Origin: Pseudomonadota bacterium
Lineage (GTDB): Bacteria; Pseudomonadota; Gammaproteobacteria; Nevskiales; Nevskiaceae
Assembly (NCBI GenBank): GCA_040385605.1
Contig: JAZKHC010000026.1
Coordinates: 5,680-69,679 of the forward strand
DNA: 64,000 nt
Direction: 5' to 3'
In this document: piece by piece, positions 54,778-64,000 of the stretch
Layout of the letters: the number at the start of each line of letters is the position of its first letter
How positions within the stretch are numbered: position 1 is the stretch's first letter
Made by a program: the position numbers and the translations under genes
The notes under the pieces: model-generated
What the model saw: only the letters and a program-made list of their open reading frames with translations
Told to the model about the DNA's origin: nothing
The model's database searches: none

Positions 54778-56409
54778 ATGCACCACACCCCGCTCATCGC
54801 CACCCTCGTCGCTGGCCTCGTGCTGGCGTTCGTGTCCGGGGCGCTGGCGCATCGGCTCAAGGTGTCGCCGCTGATCGGGTATCTCTTGGCGGGTGTGATG
54901 GTGGGGCCGTTCACGCCGGGCTTCGTGGCCGATCAGGCGCTCGCCAACGAGCTGGCCGAGATCGGCGTGATTCTGCTGATGTTCGGCGTCGGCCTGCATT
55001 TTTCGATGAAGGATTTGCTCTCGGTGAAGGCCATCGCCGTGCCGGGCGCGGTGGTGCAGATTGCGGTGGCCACGCTGATGGGTATGGGCCTCGCGCACTG
55101 GCTCGGTTGGTCGCTGATGGCCGGGTTCGTGTTCGGCCTTGCCCTCTCGGTCGCCAGCACCGTGGTGCTGCTGCGGGCGCTGCAAGAGCGGCGTTTGGTC
55201 GATACGCAGCGCGGCCGCATCGCAGTGGGCTGGCTGATTGTCGAAGACCTGATGATGGTGCTGGCACTGGTGCTGATCCCTGCCATTGCTTCGGTCGATG
55301 ATGCCGGCGCACATGCGCGGGACGGCACGCTCGGCATCGTCGCCATCGCGGTCGGCAAGGCGGCTGCCTTCGTGGTGTTCATGCTGCTGGTCGGGCGGCG
55401 AGTCATCCCCAAGCTGCTGCACTGGGTGGCGCAGACCGGCTCGCGGGAATTGTTCAGCCTCTCGGTGCTGGCGATTGCACTCGGCGTGGCCTTTGGCGCG
55501 GCGATGCTGTTCGGGGTGTCGTTCGCACTCGGTGCCTTCTTCGCCGGCATGATTCTCAACGAGTCGCCGCTCTCGGCCCGCGCGGCGGAAGAATCGCTGC
55601 CGATGCGCGATGCCTTTGCGGTGTTGTTCTTCGTCTCGGTGGGCATGCTGTTCAACCCCGCGATCATCGTCGACGCACCAGTGGCGCTCGCCGCGACGCT
55701 CGCCATCATCCTGTTCGGCAAATCGCTGGCGGCGTATGTGATCGTGCGCGCCTTCGGCCACCCCAACCAGACCGCGCTCACCATCTCGGCGAGCCTCGCG
55801 CAGATTGGCGAGTTCTCCTTCATCCTCGTCGGCCTCGGTGTGTCATTGCAGTTGCTGCCGCAGCAGGGGCAAGACCTGGTGCTGGCCGGGGCGATCTTCT
55901 CGATTCTGCTCAACCCGCTGCTGTTCAAGCTATTCGTGCGCAACCAGCCGGAGAAGCTCGCCGAACCCGTTGCCGACCTCAAGCCCACGACGCTGCACGG
56001 CCACACGATTCTGGTCGGCTACGGCCGCGTCGGCAGCCTGATTGGCGCGGGCTTGAAGCGCGCAGGCGAGCCTTTCGTGGTGATTGAAGACCGCAAGATT
56101 CCCGCCGCCGCTGCCTTGGCCGATGGTGCTGAAATCCTCAGCGGCAACGCCGCCGACCCCAAGGTGCTGAAGGCTGCCAATCTCGCCGGTGCGCGCCGCC
56201 TGTTCGTCGCCATCCCGCAGGTCTTCGAGGCAGGCCAGGTGGTGAGCCAGGCCGTGCTTGCCAACCCTGATCTGAAGATTCTGGCGCGCGCCCACTCCGA
56301 TGCCGAAGTGACACACCTGCAAGCTCAAGGTGCCACCGCCACCATCATGGGCGAGGCTGAAATCGCACGCGGCATGCTGGATGCCGCCTTCGAGCGTCGC
56401 CATACCTAA
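54778..56409 (+). CDS. ybaL: CPA2-family cation:proton antiporter with TrkA-N/RCK domain (YbaL/RosB-like)
   Basis: LAEIGVILLMFGVGLHFS, ALSVASTVV, LIVEDL, LAQIGEFSFIL, VGYGRVG. Confidence 0.9.
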   Translation: MHHTPLIATLVAGLVLAFVSGALAHRLKVSPLIGYLLAGVMVGPFTPGFVADQALANELAEIGVILLMFGVGLHFSMKDLLSVKAIAVPGAVVQIAVATLMGMGLAHWLGWSLMAGFVFGLALSVASTVVLLRALQERRLVDTQRGRIAVGWLIVEDLMMVLALVLIPAIASVDDAGAHARDGTLGIVAIAVGKAAAFVVFMLLVGRRVIPKLLHWVAQTGSRELFSLSVLAIALGVAFGAAMLFGVSFALGAFFAGMILNESPLSARAAEESLPMRDAFAVLFFVSVGMLFNPAIIVDAPVALAATLAIILFGKSLAAYVIVRAFGHPNQTALTISASLAQIGEFSFILVGLGVSLQLLPQQGQDLVLAGAIFSILLNPLLFKLFVRNQPEKLAEPVADLKPTTLHGHTILVGYGRVGSLIGAGLKRAGEPFVVIEDRKIPAAAALADGAEILSGNAADPKVLKAANLAGARRLFVAIPQVFEAGQVVSQAVLANPDLKILARAHSDAEVTHLQAQGATATIMGEAEIARGMLDAAFERRHT

Positions 56410-56475
56410 GTGCGGCTTGCCACAAGGTGTATAGCTGGCTTAGCATCAGCGCATCAATCCAGCAGGATCAATCAC

Positions 56476-56745
56476 ATGCGTAGCACAGCCACCTTCGAGC
56501 CGGATGTGTCTAGCCGCTTTCAGCGGTTGTTGACCCAACGTAAGCAAACTCGCAAAACCCTGTTGAACGAGGTCATGCGTCGTGGCCTTGATGCGGTGGA
56601 AACCGCAGAGGTCGAGCTCAAGCCTTTCGTGCTGGTGCCTTTTGAGAGCGGGCCGATTCTCGACACCCGTCCGCCCAGCGTTATCAACGCCGAACTGGAG
56701 CTGGAAGAAATGATGGAAAGCCTGCGGCGCTCGTCTGCCGCATGA
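56476..56745 (+). CDS. Ribbon-helix-helix antitoxin (VapB-like)
   Basis: MRSTATFEPDV...LLNEVMRRGL; ATGA overlap with the PIN gene. Confidence 0.75.
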   Translation: MRSTATFEPDVSSRFQRLLTQRKQTRKTLLNEVMRRGLDAVETAEVELKPFVLVPFESGPILDTRPPSVINAELELEEMMESLRRSSAA

Positions 56746-57194
56746 GCATCAGCCAGCTGACCGACATCAACCTGCTGATCTATGCGCACTTCCCCAGCTA
56801 CCCCGAACACGAGGCTGCCAAGGCTTGGCTACAAGGCCAGTTGAGTGCTGAGGGACTGGCGATGCCTTGGGCTGTGGCTCTGGGATTCGTCAGGGTTTGC
56901 ACCCAGCAGAAGACGCCGTCCGTCGTGCAAACGCTGGGTGCAGCCTGGCAACGGCTGGACGCGATGCTCGACACGCGCAAGGTCTGGCTGCTTGAACCCG
57001 GTGCGCGGCATCGGCAGATCCTGAGCATGCTGATCCCGCTGGCTGGCCGGGATCAGACTGACGTGAGTGGCGACATCACCGATCTGCACCTCGTTGCACT
57101 GGCGATCGAACATCAATTGACCTTGTGCGCCCGCGATCGCGGCTATGCCCGCTTTGCATCCGTCGGCCTCCGCTGGCAAAACCCCCTCATCTAG
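56742..57194 (+). CDS. vapC: PIN-domain VapC toxin
   Basis: TDINLLIYA, HEAAKAWL, GFVRVCT, ITDLHLVALAIEH, CARDRGYARF. Confidence 0.88.
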   Translation: MSISQLTDINLLIYAHFPSYPEHEAAKAWLQGQLSAEGLAMPWAVALGFVRVCTQQKTPSVVQTLGAAWQRLDAMLDTRKVWLLEPGARHRQILSMLIPLAGRDQTDVSGDITDLHLVALAIEHQLTLCARDRGYARFASVGLRWQNPLI

Positions 57195-57197
57195 AAC

Positions 57198-59420
57198 ATG
57201 CAAATCATCGACCCCGAAAAAATCCCGCTGCGCGTCTTCGCCGAAAAGGCCTATCTCGACTACTCGATGTACGTCGTGCTCGACCGCGCGCTGCCGCATG
57301 TCGAAGACGGCCTCAAGCCCGTGCAACGCCGCATCATCTACGCCATGAGCGAGCTGGGTTTGCAGAGCACCGCCAAGCACAAGAAGAGCGCGCGCACCGT
57401 CGGTGACGTGCTCGGCAAATACCATCCGCACGGTGACTCGGCTTGCTATGAAGCCATGGTGACGATGGCGCAGCCCTTCAACTACCGCACGCCGCTGGTG
57501 GACGGGCAGGGCAACTGGGGCTCGGCGGACGATCCCAAATCCTTCGCCGCCATGCGCTACACCGAGTCGCGGCTCACGCCGTATGCGCAGGCCTTGCTCG
57601 CGGAGTTGGAGCAAGGCACGGTGCAGTGGGCACCTAATTTCGACGGCACGCTGGAAGAGCCCAAGCTTTTGCCCGCTCGCCTGCCGAACATCCTCGTCAA
57701 CGGCACCACGGGCATCGCGGTGGGCATGGCGACGGACATTCCGCCGCACAACATCGGCGAGCTGGTGAAGGCTTGCATCCATCTGCTCAAGCACCCGAAC
57801 GCCTCCATCGACAAACTCATGGAGTTCGTGCCGGGGCCAGATTTCCCCACCGGTTGCGAGATCATCAGCGAGAGCGCGGAGCTGTTGAAGCTCTACCAGA
57901 CCGGCAACGGCGTGGTGCGCACCCGGGCGCGCTGGGAGCGCGAGGACGACGGCAATATCGTCATCACGCATCTGCCACACCAGGTCAGCGGCAACAAGAT
58001 TCAGGAGCAGATCGCCGAGCAGATGCGGGCGAAGAAGTTGCCTCTCGTGGAGGACTTGAGAGACGAGTCCGATCACGAAAACCCCTGTCGTCTCGTCATC
58101 ATCCCGCGCAGCAACCGTGTCGATGCCGAGCAGCTGATGGCGCATCTCTTCGCCACCACCGACCTCGAAAAATCGGTGCGCGTGAACCTGAACATGATCG
58201 GGCTGGATGGTCGCCCGCGCGTGAAGAACCTGCGCGAGATCCTCAGCGAATGGCTGGAGTTCCGCTTCGCCACGGTGACGCGTCGGCTCAATCACCGCCT
58301 GCAGAAGGTGAATGATCGTCTGCACTTGTTGGAAGGCTTGCTGATTGCCTTCCTCAACCTCGACGAGGTGATCCGCATCATCCGTTTCGAGGACGAGCCG
58401 CGCGCGACGCTGATGCGCACGCTTGCCTTGAGCGAGATTCAGACCGACTACATCCTGGATACCCGCCTGCGGCAGTTGCAGCGGCTGGAAGAGATGCGCA
58501 TCAAGGGCGAGCAGGACGAACTGGCAGCCGAGAAGGCCAAGCTCGAAGAGCTGCTGGGTTCGGACGATGCACTGCGCAAGCTCATCAGCGACGAGCTGCG
58601 CGAAGACGGCAAGAAATATGGCGATGTGCGCCGCAGCCCAATAGTTGCTAGGGCTCCTGCCGTCGCCATGAGCGCAGAAGAAATCCTGCCCGCCGAGTCG
58701 ATCACGGTGGTGCTGAGCAAGGCCGGATGGATCAGGGCCGGCAAGGGTCACGAGCTGGACCCGGCCACGCTCAACTACAAGTCCGGCGACGAGTACTTTG
58801 CGCACACGCTGGGCAAGACCAATCAGCTGTTGATCCTGCTCGACGACAAGGGCCGCGCCTACACGCTCAGCCCGCGCGACCTGCCGAGTGCGCGAAGCCA
58901 GGGTGAGCCGGTGACGACCAAGATCGACATTCAGGACGGCGGCAAGATCGTCGCCATGCTGATGGGCGCTGCGGATGAAAAGCTGCTGCTGGCGGGCAGT
59001 GACGGCTATGGCTTCATCACCAAGCTGGGCGATATGGAAGGCCGCAACAAGGCCGGCAAGGCGGTGCTGAATCTCGAAGGCACGCCCTTGTTACCGATGC
59101 GCGTGCTCGATGCCGTCACCGAGCGCATTGCCATCGCCACTGCCGAGGGTCGCCTGCTGGTGTTCCCGGCGGCCGAGCTGCCGGAGCTGGTGAAGGGCAA
59201 GGGCAACAAGCTGGTGACGCTGAAAGGTGAGGACAAGATTCTCGCGCTTACCGTGCTGCCGCCAGGCCGCGCGCTGGAACTGGTCTGCGGCAAGCGCAGC
59301 CTCACCCTCAAGCTCACCGACATCGCCGCCTACACCGCCAGCCGTGGCAGCCGGGGCGGGGCGCTGCCTCGCGGGTTCCAGCGGGTGGACAGCATGAATG
59401 CGGAGCCTGCCAAAGCCTGA
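57198..59420 (+). CDS. parC: DNA topoisomerase IV subunit A
   Basis: [38 protein letters not shown]-terminal pinwheel repeats. Confidence 0.95.
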   Translation: MQIIDPEKIPLRVFAEKAYLDYSMYVVLDRALPHVEDGLKPVQRRIIYAMSELGLQSTAKHKKSARTVGDVLGKYHPHGDSACYEAMVTMAQPFNYRTPLVDGQGNWGSADDPKSFAAMRYTESRLTPYAQALLAELEQGTVQWAPNFDGTLEEPKLLPARLPNILVNGTTGIAVGMATDIPPHNIGELVKACIHLLKHPNASIDKLMEFVPGPDFPTGCEIISESAELLKLYQTGNGVVRTRARWEREDDGNIVITHLPHQVSGNKIQEQIAEQMRAKKLPLVEDLRDESDHENPCRLVIIPRSNRVDAEQLMAHLFATTDLEKSVRVNLNMIGLDGRPRVKNLREILSEWLEFRFATVTRRLNHRLQKVNDRLHLLEGLLIAFLNLDEVIRIIRFEDEPRATLMRTLALSEIQTDYILDTRLRQLQRLEEMRIKGEQDELAAEKAKLEELLGSDDALRKLISDELREDGKKYGDVRRSPIVARAPAVAMSAEEILPAESITVVLSKAGWIRAGKGHELDPATLNYKSGDEYFAHTLGKTNQLLILLDDKGRAYTLSPRDLPSARSQGEPVTTKIDIQDGGKIVAMLMGAADEKLLLAGSDGYGFITKLGDMEGRNKAGKAVLNLEGTPLLPMRVLDAVTERIAIATAEGRLLVFPAAELPELVKGKGNKLVTLKGEDKILALTVLPPGRALELVCGKRSLTLKLTDIAAYTASRGSRGGALPRGFQRVDSMNAEPAKA

Positions 59421-59511
59421 ACTTGTGATGTGCTGCGTGGGTCTTGAGACTGCGCAGCGACGCCACATATTTATCGACGTCACATTCCATCAGCCAACCT
59501 GACCGTCAGCC

Positions 59512-60390
59512 ATGAAACGCATTGCCCTGTTCCTGCTTACCAACTTCGCCGTGATGATGGTGCTTTACGTCGTCACCTCGGTATTGGGCGTGGATAAGTT
59601 CCTCACCCAGAACGGCCTCAACCTCACGCAGCTGCTTGCCTTCTCGGCCATCATGGGTTTTGGTGGCAGCTTCATCTCGCTGTTGATGAGCAAGTGGATG
59701 GCCAAGCGCAGCACCGGTGCCGTGGTCATCACCCAGCCCAAGAACTCGGCCGAGATGTGGCTCTTGCAAACCGTCGAACGCCAGGCGCGCGCAGCGGGCA
59801 TCAAGACGCCGGAAGTCGCCATCTACGATGCCGCCGAGCCCAACGCTTTTGCCACCGGTGCCAACAAGAACGCCGCACTGGTCGCGGTTTCGACCGGCCT
59901 GATGAAGGCCATGACACAGGACGAAGTCGAGGCGGTGCTCGCCCACGAGATCGGCCACGTCGCCAATGGCGACATGGTGACGCTGACGCTGATCCAGGGC
60001 GTGGTCAACACCTTCGTGATCTTCCTCTCGCGCGTCATCGCCTATGCGGTGGATAGCTTCCTGCGCCGTGGCAGCGACAACAACTCAGGCCCCAGCTTTG
60101 CCTACTACGGCGTCTCGATGGTGATGCAGATCGTGCTCGGCATCGGTGCCTCGATGATCGTCGCTGCCTTCTCGCGCTGGCGCGAATACCGCGCCGACCA
60201 GGCCGGTGCGCAATTTGCCGGCAAGCGCAAGATGATCTCGGCACTGCAACGCTTGCAATCCTTCCACGATGCTCCTTCGCAGCTGCCCAAGGGCATGACG
60301 GCCTTCGGCATCCGTGAGGGCATCAGCGGCCTGTTCTCCTCGCACCCGCCGCTGCCGCAGCGTATCGCCGCACTCGAAGCCGCCCAGTAA
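59512..60390 (+). CDS. htpX: Zinc metalloprotease HtpX
   Basis: [47 protein letters not shown]. Confidence 0.95.
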   Translation: MKRIALFLLTNFAVMMVLYVVTSVLGVDKFLTQNGLNLTQLLAFSAIMGFGGSFISLLMSKWMAKRSTGAVVITQPKNSAEMWLLQTVERQARAAGIKTPEVAIYDAAEPNAFATGANKNAALVAVSTGLMKAMTQDEVEAVLAHEIGHVANGDMVTLTLIQGVVNTFVIFLSRVIAYAVDSFLRRGSDNNSGPSFAYYGVSMVMQIVLGIGASMIVAAFSRWREYRADQAGAQFAGKRKMISALQRLQSFHDAPSQLPKGMTAFGIREGISGLFSSHPPLPQRIAALEAAQ

Positions 60391-60409
60391 GTCTCTGGCT
60401 CCGCAACGC

Positions 60410-60438
60410 AAAAGGGCGACCCACCGGGTCGCCCTTTT
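60410..60438. terminator. Bidirectional intrinsic terminator
   Basis: AAAAGGGCGACCC-ACC-GGGTCGCCCTTTT between convergent genes. Confidence 0.9.
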
Positions 60439-60453
60439 TGCTTTTTGTGGCGC

Positions 60454-62688
60454 TCAGCGCGGCGCGTGGATCGAGCGCGCCTTGGTAATGAACTCGCTGG
60501 CAAGCAGCACCACCTCGGGCTCCTGCACGTGGTAGCCCTGGATGTAGTTCACGCCCATCTGCCACAGGCGCGCCATGACGTTGGCGTCTTCCACGTGGCT
60601 GACGATGGTCTTGATCTTCTTCTGCTTGGCGATCTCCATCAGCTGGCCCATGCGCCGCTGCAAGTCCTTGTCGTTGAACTTCTGCGTGTAGGTGGGGTGA
60701 AACTTGAGGTAGCTGATCTTCGGCAGGTGCTCGATCAGCTGGATGCTGTTGGCACTGGTGCCGAAATGGTCGATGGCGATGCCCGCGCCCAGGTCGCTCA
60801 GCGCCTGGGTGATGCCCTTGGCCTTGCGCACGTGGTTCTGCAGGATCAGCTCCTGGATCTCGAACACGAACTCCTCGTTCTTGAGCGGGTAGGTCTTGAG
60901 CAGCTCCGTGACCCAGCGGATGTAACCCTCGGCGTCCTTCAGGCTGTCTTCCGAAACCTTGATGAACAGTGAAGGGGCCTCCTTGCCACCGCCGCGCTTG
61001 GCAATGATGGCGAGGCAGCGCGCCAGCACCCAGCGGTCGATGTTCTTCATCAGGCCGTACTTCTCGGCCGCCGGCAGGAACTCGCCGGCGTGCAGCTCCT
61101 TGCCGCTTTCGTCCATCATGCGCACCAGCACATCGAAGTGCTGGCGCGCCTCGCCTTCGAGACTGGCGATGGATTGATACGCCAGCTTGAGGCGATTTTC
61201 CTCGATGGCCTTCTTCACCATCGCCGCCTTGCGGGCCTCTTCGCGGTCGTTCTGGCTCGACTTGGCGGCGGCACCGATCACGGCCGCCAGATTGCCGCCT
61301 TTCAAGGACATGCGCCTGGCCTCGCGCACCACCTCGGTCACCACCTGGTCCGGTTTTTCGGTGCCGGCCAGGGGGTAGACGGCGATCGAGAACGTCAGCT
61401 GAGCCTCGTGGTCCCTGGTGGCAAAGATCATGGCCGAGAGCTCGCGCCGCAGCTCCTCGCCCACGGCTTCGATGTCGGCAATGCGCGGCCGCTTGACCAC
61501 CGCCCCGATCTCGCTCGGCGAGAACCCGAACAGCACATCGGCCGGGCCGAGTTTTTCCTTGAGCGCCGCGGTGAGCTGCTCCACCACCTCTTCGGTGGAG
61601 GTGAGCCCGATGCGTTCCTCCAGCGCGGGGAAGTGATCGACGAGGATCATCAGCGCGCCGTGCGGGCCCTCCACATCCTTGGTCGGCGAGGCGATTGCCT
61701 TGAGGAAGCCGACACGGCCACTGAGCGGCGAACGGCTGGCGCGCGCCACCACACCCTCGGTTGGGATGGTGTGGGTGCCGAAGGTGGTTTCCATCGCCGC
61801 CGTGGCGGGCTCGCGCACCGGCTCGGGTGCAAGTACCACGGGTGCTGGTGCCGGTGCCACCGAGCGCACCAGCATCTCGATCACCTTCTCGCCGTTGTCG
61901 GTGCCCAGGATCAGCTGGGTGCTGACCGGTATGTGGGCGTCTTCCTTGCCGGTGAAATCGAACTCCAGGGGATTGCTGTTGTGCTTGCCCTTGAGCACCG
62001 AGCGCAGGCGCTCCTTCACCCGCACGCGCTGCTCGCTGGCCACGAAATCAATCACCGGCGAGCCGATGAACGCGCTGGCGTCCTCGCAACCCAGCAGGCG
62101 CAGAAAGGCGGGGTTGACCTCGGAAATGATGCCCTCGTGGATGCGCACGATGGCGTCGGCGGCACCCTCCAGCAGCATGCTGTGGCGCTGCTCGAAATCC
62201 TGCATGCGCTCGCGCAGCAGGCGCAGGGTGCGCAGGTGGTAGTGGCCGACAAACTCGCGCAGCACCACCAGCTCCAGGTGACGCAGATGGCGCAGGTCTT
62301 CGCAGCAGACCAGGTCCTTGGCACCAAGCGTGAGAGCGCCAACCACCTCATCGGGCGACACCGACTTGCCGATGACTAGCACCGGCAGGTCGGGCCTGAT
62401 CTCGTTGGCGCTGCTGATCAGGTCCTCGGCGGCGCAGATGGGGTGGGTGTCGTCACACAGCAGCACATCGGGCGGGGCACGGCGCAGCACGTCCTGCATC
62501 TCGCTGGCGTCGTCCGTCCAGCCGCAACGCAGCGGGTGGCCGCTGTTGCGCAGGAAGCTCTCGATGCGCTTGGAGGTTTCCTCCGAGCTACCCACCACCA
62601 GCAGCACACCACCGGCATCGCCCGCCAGAGTCTGGCTGACGGGGCTCGTCCATGCCCTTGGTGCATTGCTTTGCGGTGCGTTCACCAA
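60454..62688 (-). CDS. FimX-like REC-PAS-degenerate GGDEF-degenerate EAL protein
   Basis: Receiver-like N-terminus, PAS region, FSPSE in place of GGDEF, LAYQSI...FDVLVRM, IDHFGTS, YIQGY. Confidence 0.82.
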   Translation of the reverse strand: MVNAPQSNAPRAWTSPVSQTLAGDAGGVLLVVGSSEETSKRIESFLRNSGHPLRCGWTDDASEMQDVLRRAPPDVLLCDDTHPICAAEDLISSANEIRPDLPVLVIGKSVSPDEVVGALTLGAKDLVCCEDLRHLRHLELVVLREFVGHYHLRTLRLLRERMQDFEQRHSMLLEGAADAIVRIHEGIISEVNPAFLRLLGCEDASAFIGSPVIDFVASEQRVRVKERLRSVLKGKHNSNPLEFDFTGKEDAHIPVSTQLILGTDNGEKVIEMLVRSVAPAPAPVVLAPEPVREPATAAMETTFGTHTIPTEGVVARASRSPLSGRVGFLKAIASPTKDVEGPHGALMILVDHFPALEERIGLTSTEEVVEQLTAALKEKLGPADVLFGFSPSEIGAVVKRPRIADIEAVGEELRRELSAMIFATRDHEAQLTFSIAVYPLAGTEKPDQVVTEVVREARRMSLKGGNLAAVIGAAAKSSQNDREEARKAAMVKKAIEENRLKLAYQSIASLEGEARQHFDVLVRMMDESGKELHAGEFLPAAEKYGLMKNIDRWVLARCLAIIAKRGGGKEAPSLFIKVSEDSLKDAEGYIRWVTELLKTYPLKNEEFVFEIQELILQNHVRKAKGITQALSDLGAGIAIDHFGTSANSIQLIEHLPKISYLKFHPTYTQKFNDKDLQRRMGQLMEIAKQKKIKTIVSHVEDANVMARLWQMGVNYIQGYHVQEPEVVLLASEFITKARSIHAPR

Positions 62689-63692
62689 TGGATCCAGGTT
62701 TTCGAGGGTCGCCCGGCAACTTCGCGGACCAGACGAGGGACAAGATAACCCGGCAGATGTCCGGTGAGCTGCCGGAGCAGTGCCTTCCCCTCTGCATCGT
62801 CCACTTCGTAATGGGCCGCGCCCTGCACGCGGTCAAGTTGATGCAGATAGTAGGGGAGAACGCCGAACTCGAACAGGCGTTCCGAAAGTGCCTTCTGCGC
62901 ATCCAGCGTGTCGTTGATGCCTTTCAAAAGCACCGACTGGTTCAACAGTGGCACGCCCGCCAGCTTCAGCCTTGCCATGGCGCTCCCCACATCGGCATCG
63001 AGTTCCTTGGCGTGGTTGACGTGCAGCACCATCACCGTTTGCAGGCGGGTGCTGGTCAGCCATTCGAGCAGTTCGTCGTCCACCCGCTCCGGCAGCACAA
63101 TGGGCTGGCGGGTGTGCAGGCGCAGGCGCTTGAGGTGGGGGATGTCATCCAGCCCCTCGGCCAGCTCGGCGAGCTTGTCGTCCGCCAGCGAGAGCGGATC
63201 GCCGCCAGAGAGGATCACCTCTTCGATGGTCGGGTCGGCGCGTAGCTCTTCGAGCAGCGATTTCCAGCGATGGCGCGAGGCGCGGGTCTCGCCATAGGGA
63301 AAGTGCCGGCGGAAGCAGTAGCGGCAGTTGATGGCGCAGGCGCCGGTGGTGATGACCAGCGCACGACCGTGGTACTTGTGAATCAGCCCGCCCGCCTTCA
63401 GCTTCTGGAGATCGCCTACCGCGTCAACCGCATATTCGGGCGACTCCACCGCTTCATCCGGTGAGGGCCATATCTGCTTGAACAGAGGGTCTTCGGGATT
63501 GCCTTTTTCCATGCGCGCCGCAAACCCGCGCGGCACCCGCAGAGGGAAATCACGAATCTGGGCCAGCTTGAGGCTGGGCAGATCGGGCGGCAGTTGCAGA
63601 TAGGCCAGCAGCTCCGCCGGACGGCTGAAAGAGGTGGTCAGCAGGGCCTGCCACTCGGGGACTCGACGTTGTGGTTGCAGCACTGCATTCAT
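62682..63692 (-). CDS. epmB: EF-P beta-lysylation protein (lysine 2,3-aminomutase-like radical SAM)
   Basis: GLIHKYHGRAL, CAINCRYCFRRHFPY, ILSGGDPL, LNQSVLLKGIND, PYYLHQLDRVQGAAH. Confidence 0.92.
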   Translation of the reverse strand: MNAVLQPQRRVPEWQALLTTSFSRPAELLAYLQLPPDLPSLKLAQIRDFPLRVPRGFAARMEKGNPEDPLFKQIWPSPDEAVESPEYAVDAVGDLQKLKAGGLIHKYHGRALVITTGACAINCRYCFRRHFPYGETRASRHRWKSLLEELRADPTIEEVILSGGDPLSLADDKLAELAEGLDDIPHLKRLRLHTRQPIVLPERVDDELLEWLTSTRLQTVMVLHVNHAKELDADVGSAMARLKLAGVPLLNQSVLLKGINDTLDAQKALSERLFEFGVLPYYLHQLDRVQGAAHYEVDDAEGKALLRQLTGHLPGYLVPRLVREVAGRPSKTWIHW

Positions 63693-63772
63693 CGTCAGAT
63701 TGTGCGCGTGCCAAGCCTCAGGAGCAACGTGAAGAATGCGGTGTATGAAGCGGAGAGGTAAGGAAAACTGCC

Positions 63773-64000
63773 CTAACGTAGGGCCGGTGTCGGCACCGTT
63801 TTCTGGCGGTATTCGCAGAGATCGAAAATTCTGCACTGCGGGCACTCGGGAGTGCGCGCCTTGCAGACATAGCGGCCGTGCAGGATCAGCCAGTGATGCG
63901 CGTCGCGCGCGAACTCGGCCTCGGTGAACTTCACCAGCTTGTCTTCGACCACTCGTACGTCTTTGCCGGGCGCCAGGCCGGTGCGGTTGGCGACGCGGAA
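63773..64000 (-). CDS. nth: Endonuclease III, C-terminal part (gene starts beyond the right edge)
   Basis: Translated by hand: FRVANRTG...AHHWLILHGRYVCKARTPECPQCRIFDLC ([4Fe-4S] C-x6-C-x2-C-x5-C), TAG at 63773. Confidence 0.92.
   Translation of the reverse strand, partial: FRVANRTGLAPGKDVRVVEDKLVKFTEAEFARDAHHWLILHGRYVCKARTPECPQCRIFDLCEYRQKTVPTPALR

Noticed and set aside
56829-58805. Long antisense ORFs over parC and similar ones (1429-3246, 6340-7998, 15561-17258, 17541-19472, 28596-30323, 38722-40053)
   Set aside because: All lie opposite well-supported genes and have no motifs; treated as shadow ORFs.
63693-63845. N-terminal 51-aa extension of EpmB in the ORF track
   Set aside because: It overlaps the nth 3' end in another frame; MNAVLQPQ at 63692 gives a normal-length protein.
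1-64000. rRNA, tRNA, prophage, integrase or IS transposase
   Set aside because: No such sequences or motifs were recognised, and intergenic gaps are too short or explained by REPs, operators and terminators.

Overview
High-GC gammaproteobacterial chromosome window. The gene content looks Nevskiales/Xanthomonadales-like, but that placement is inference only. From left to right: a truncated TonB-dependent receptor facing a non-canonical metallo-beta-lactamase-fold protein and a Zn-ADH; lysE, ltaE and a lipoprotein PLD/cardiolipin synthase; arginine-succinyltransferase genes (M20 hydrolase, astA, astD) split by a probably Fur-regulated iron-uptake/flavinylation block (two TonB receptors, piuC, PepSY-TM, DUF2271, DUF4198, apbE); a polar amino-acid ABC transporter; an ABC-F protein; a VapBC module; an atuCDE-mliC-atuF-like acyclic-terpene cluster; nitrilase/GNAT/SnoaL; a TSP3-repeat OmpA and an Ig-like lipoprotein; fatty-acid genes; dxs, ispA, xseB; parE; an accessory block (Fic, single-chain restriction-modification enzyme, ybaL, second VapBC); parC, htpX, a FimX-like protein, epmB and the 3' end of nth. 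The most unusual signal is inside the RM gene (51057-54746). It carries three in-frame insertions of one G/C-rich palindromic repeat family. One is a 441-bp unit in which near-perfect 35-bp inverted repeats enclose a complete DUF559 (Vsr-like) nuclease domain. This looks like a nuclease-carrying, coding-sequence-invading element with non-autonomous derivatives. No rRNA, tRNA, CRISPR array, integrase or transposase was recognised. All family assignments come from motif recognition by eye; no database searches were run.
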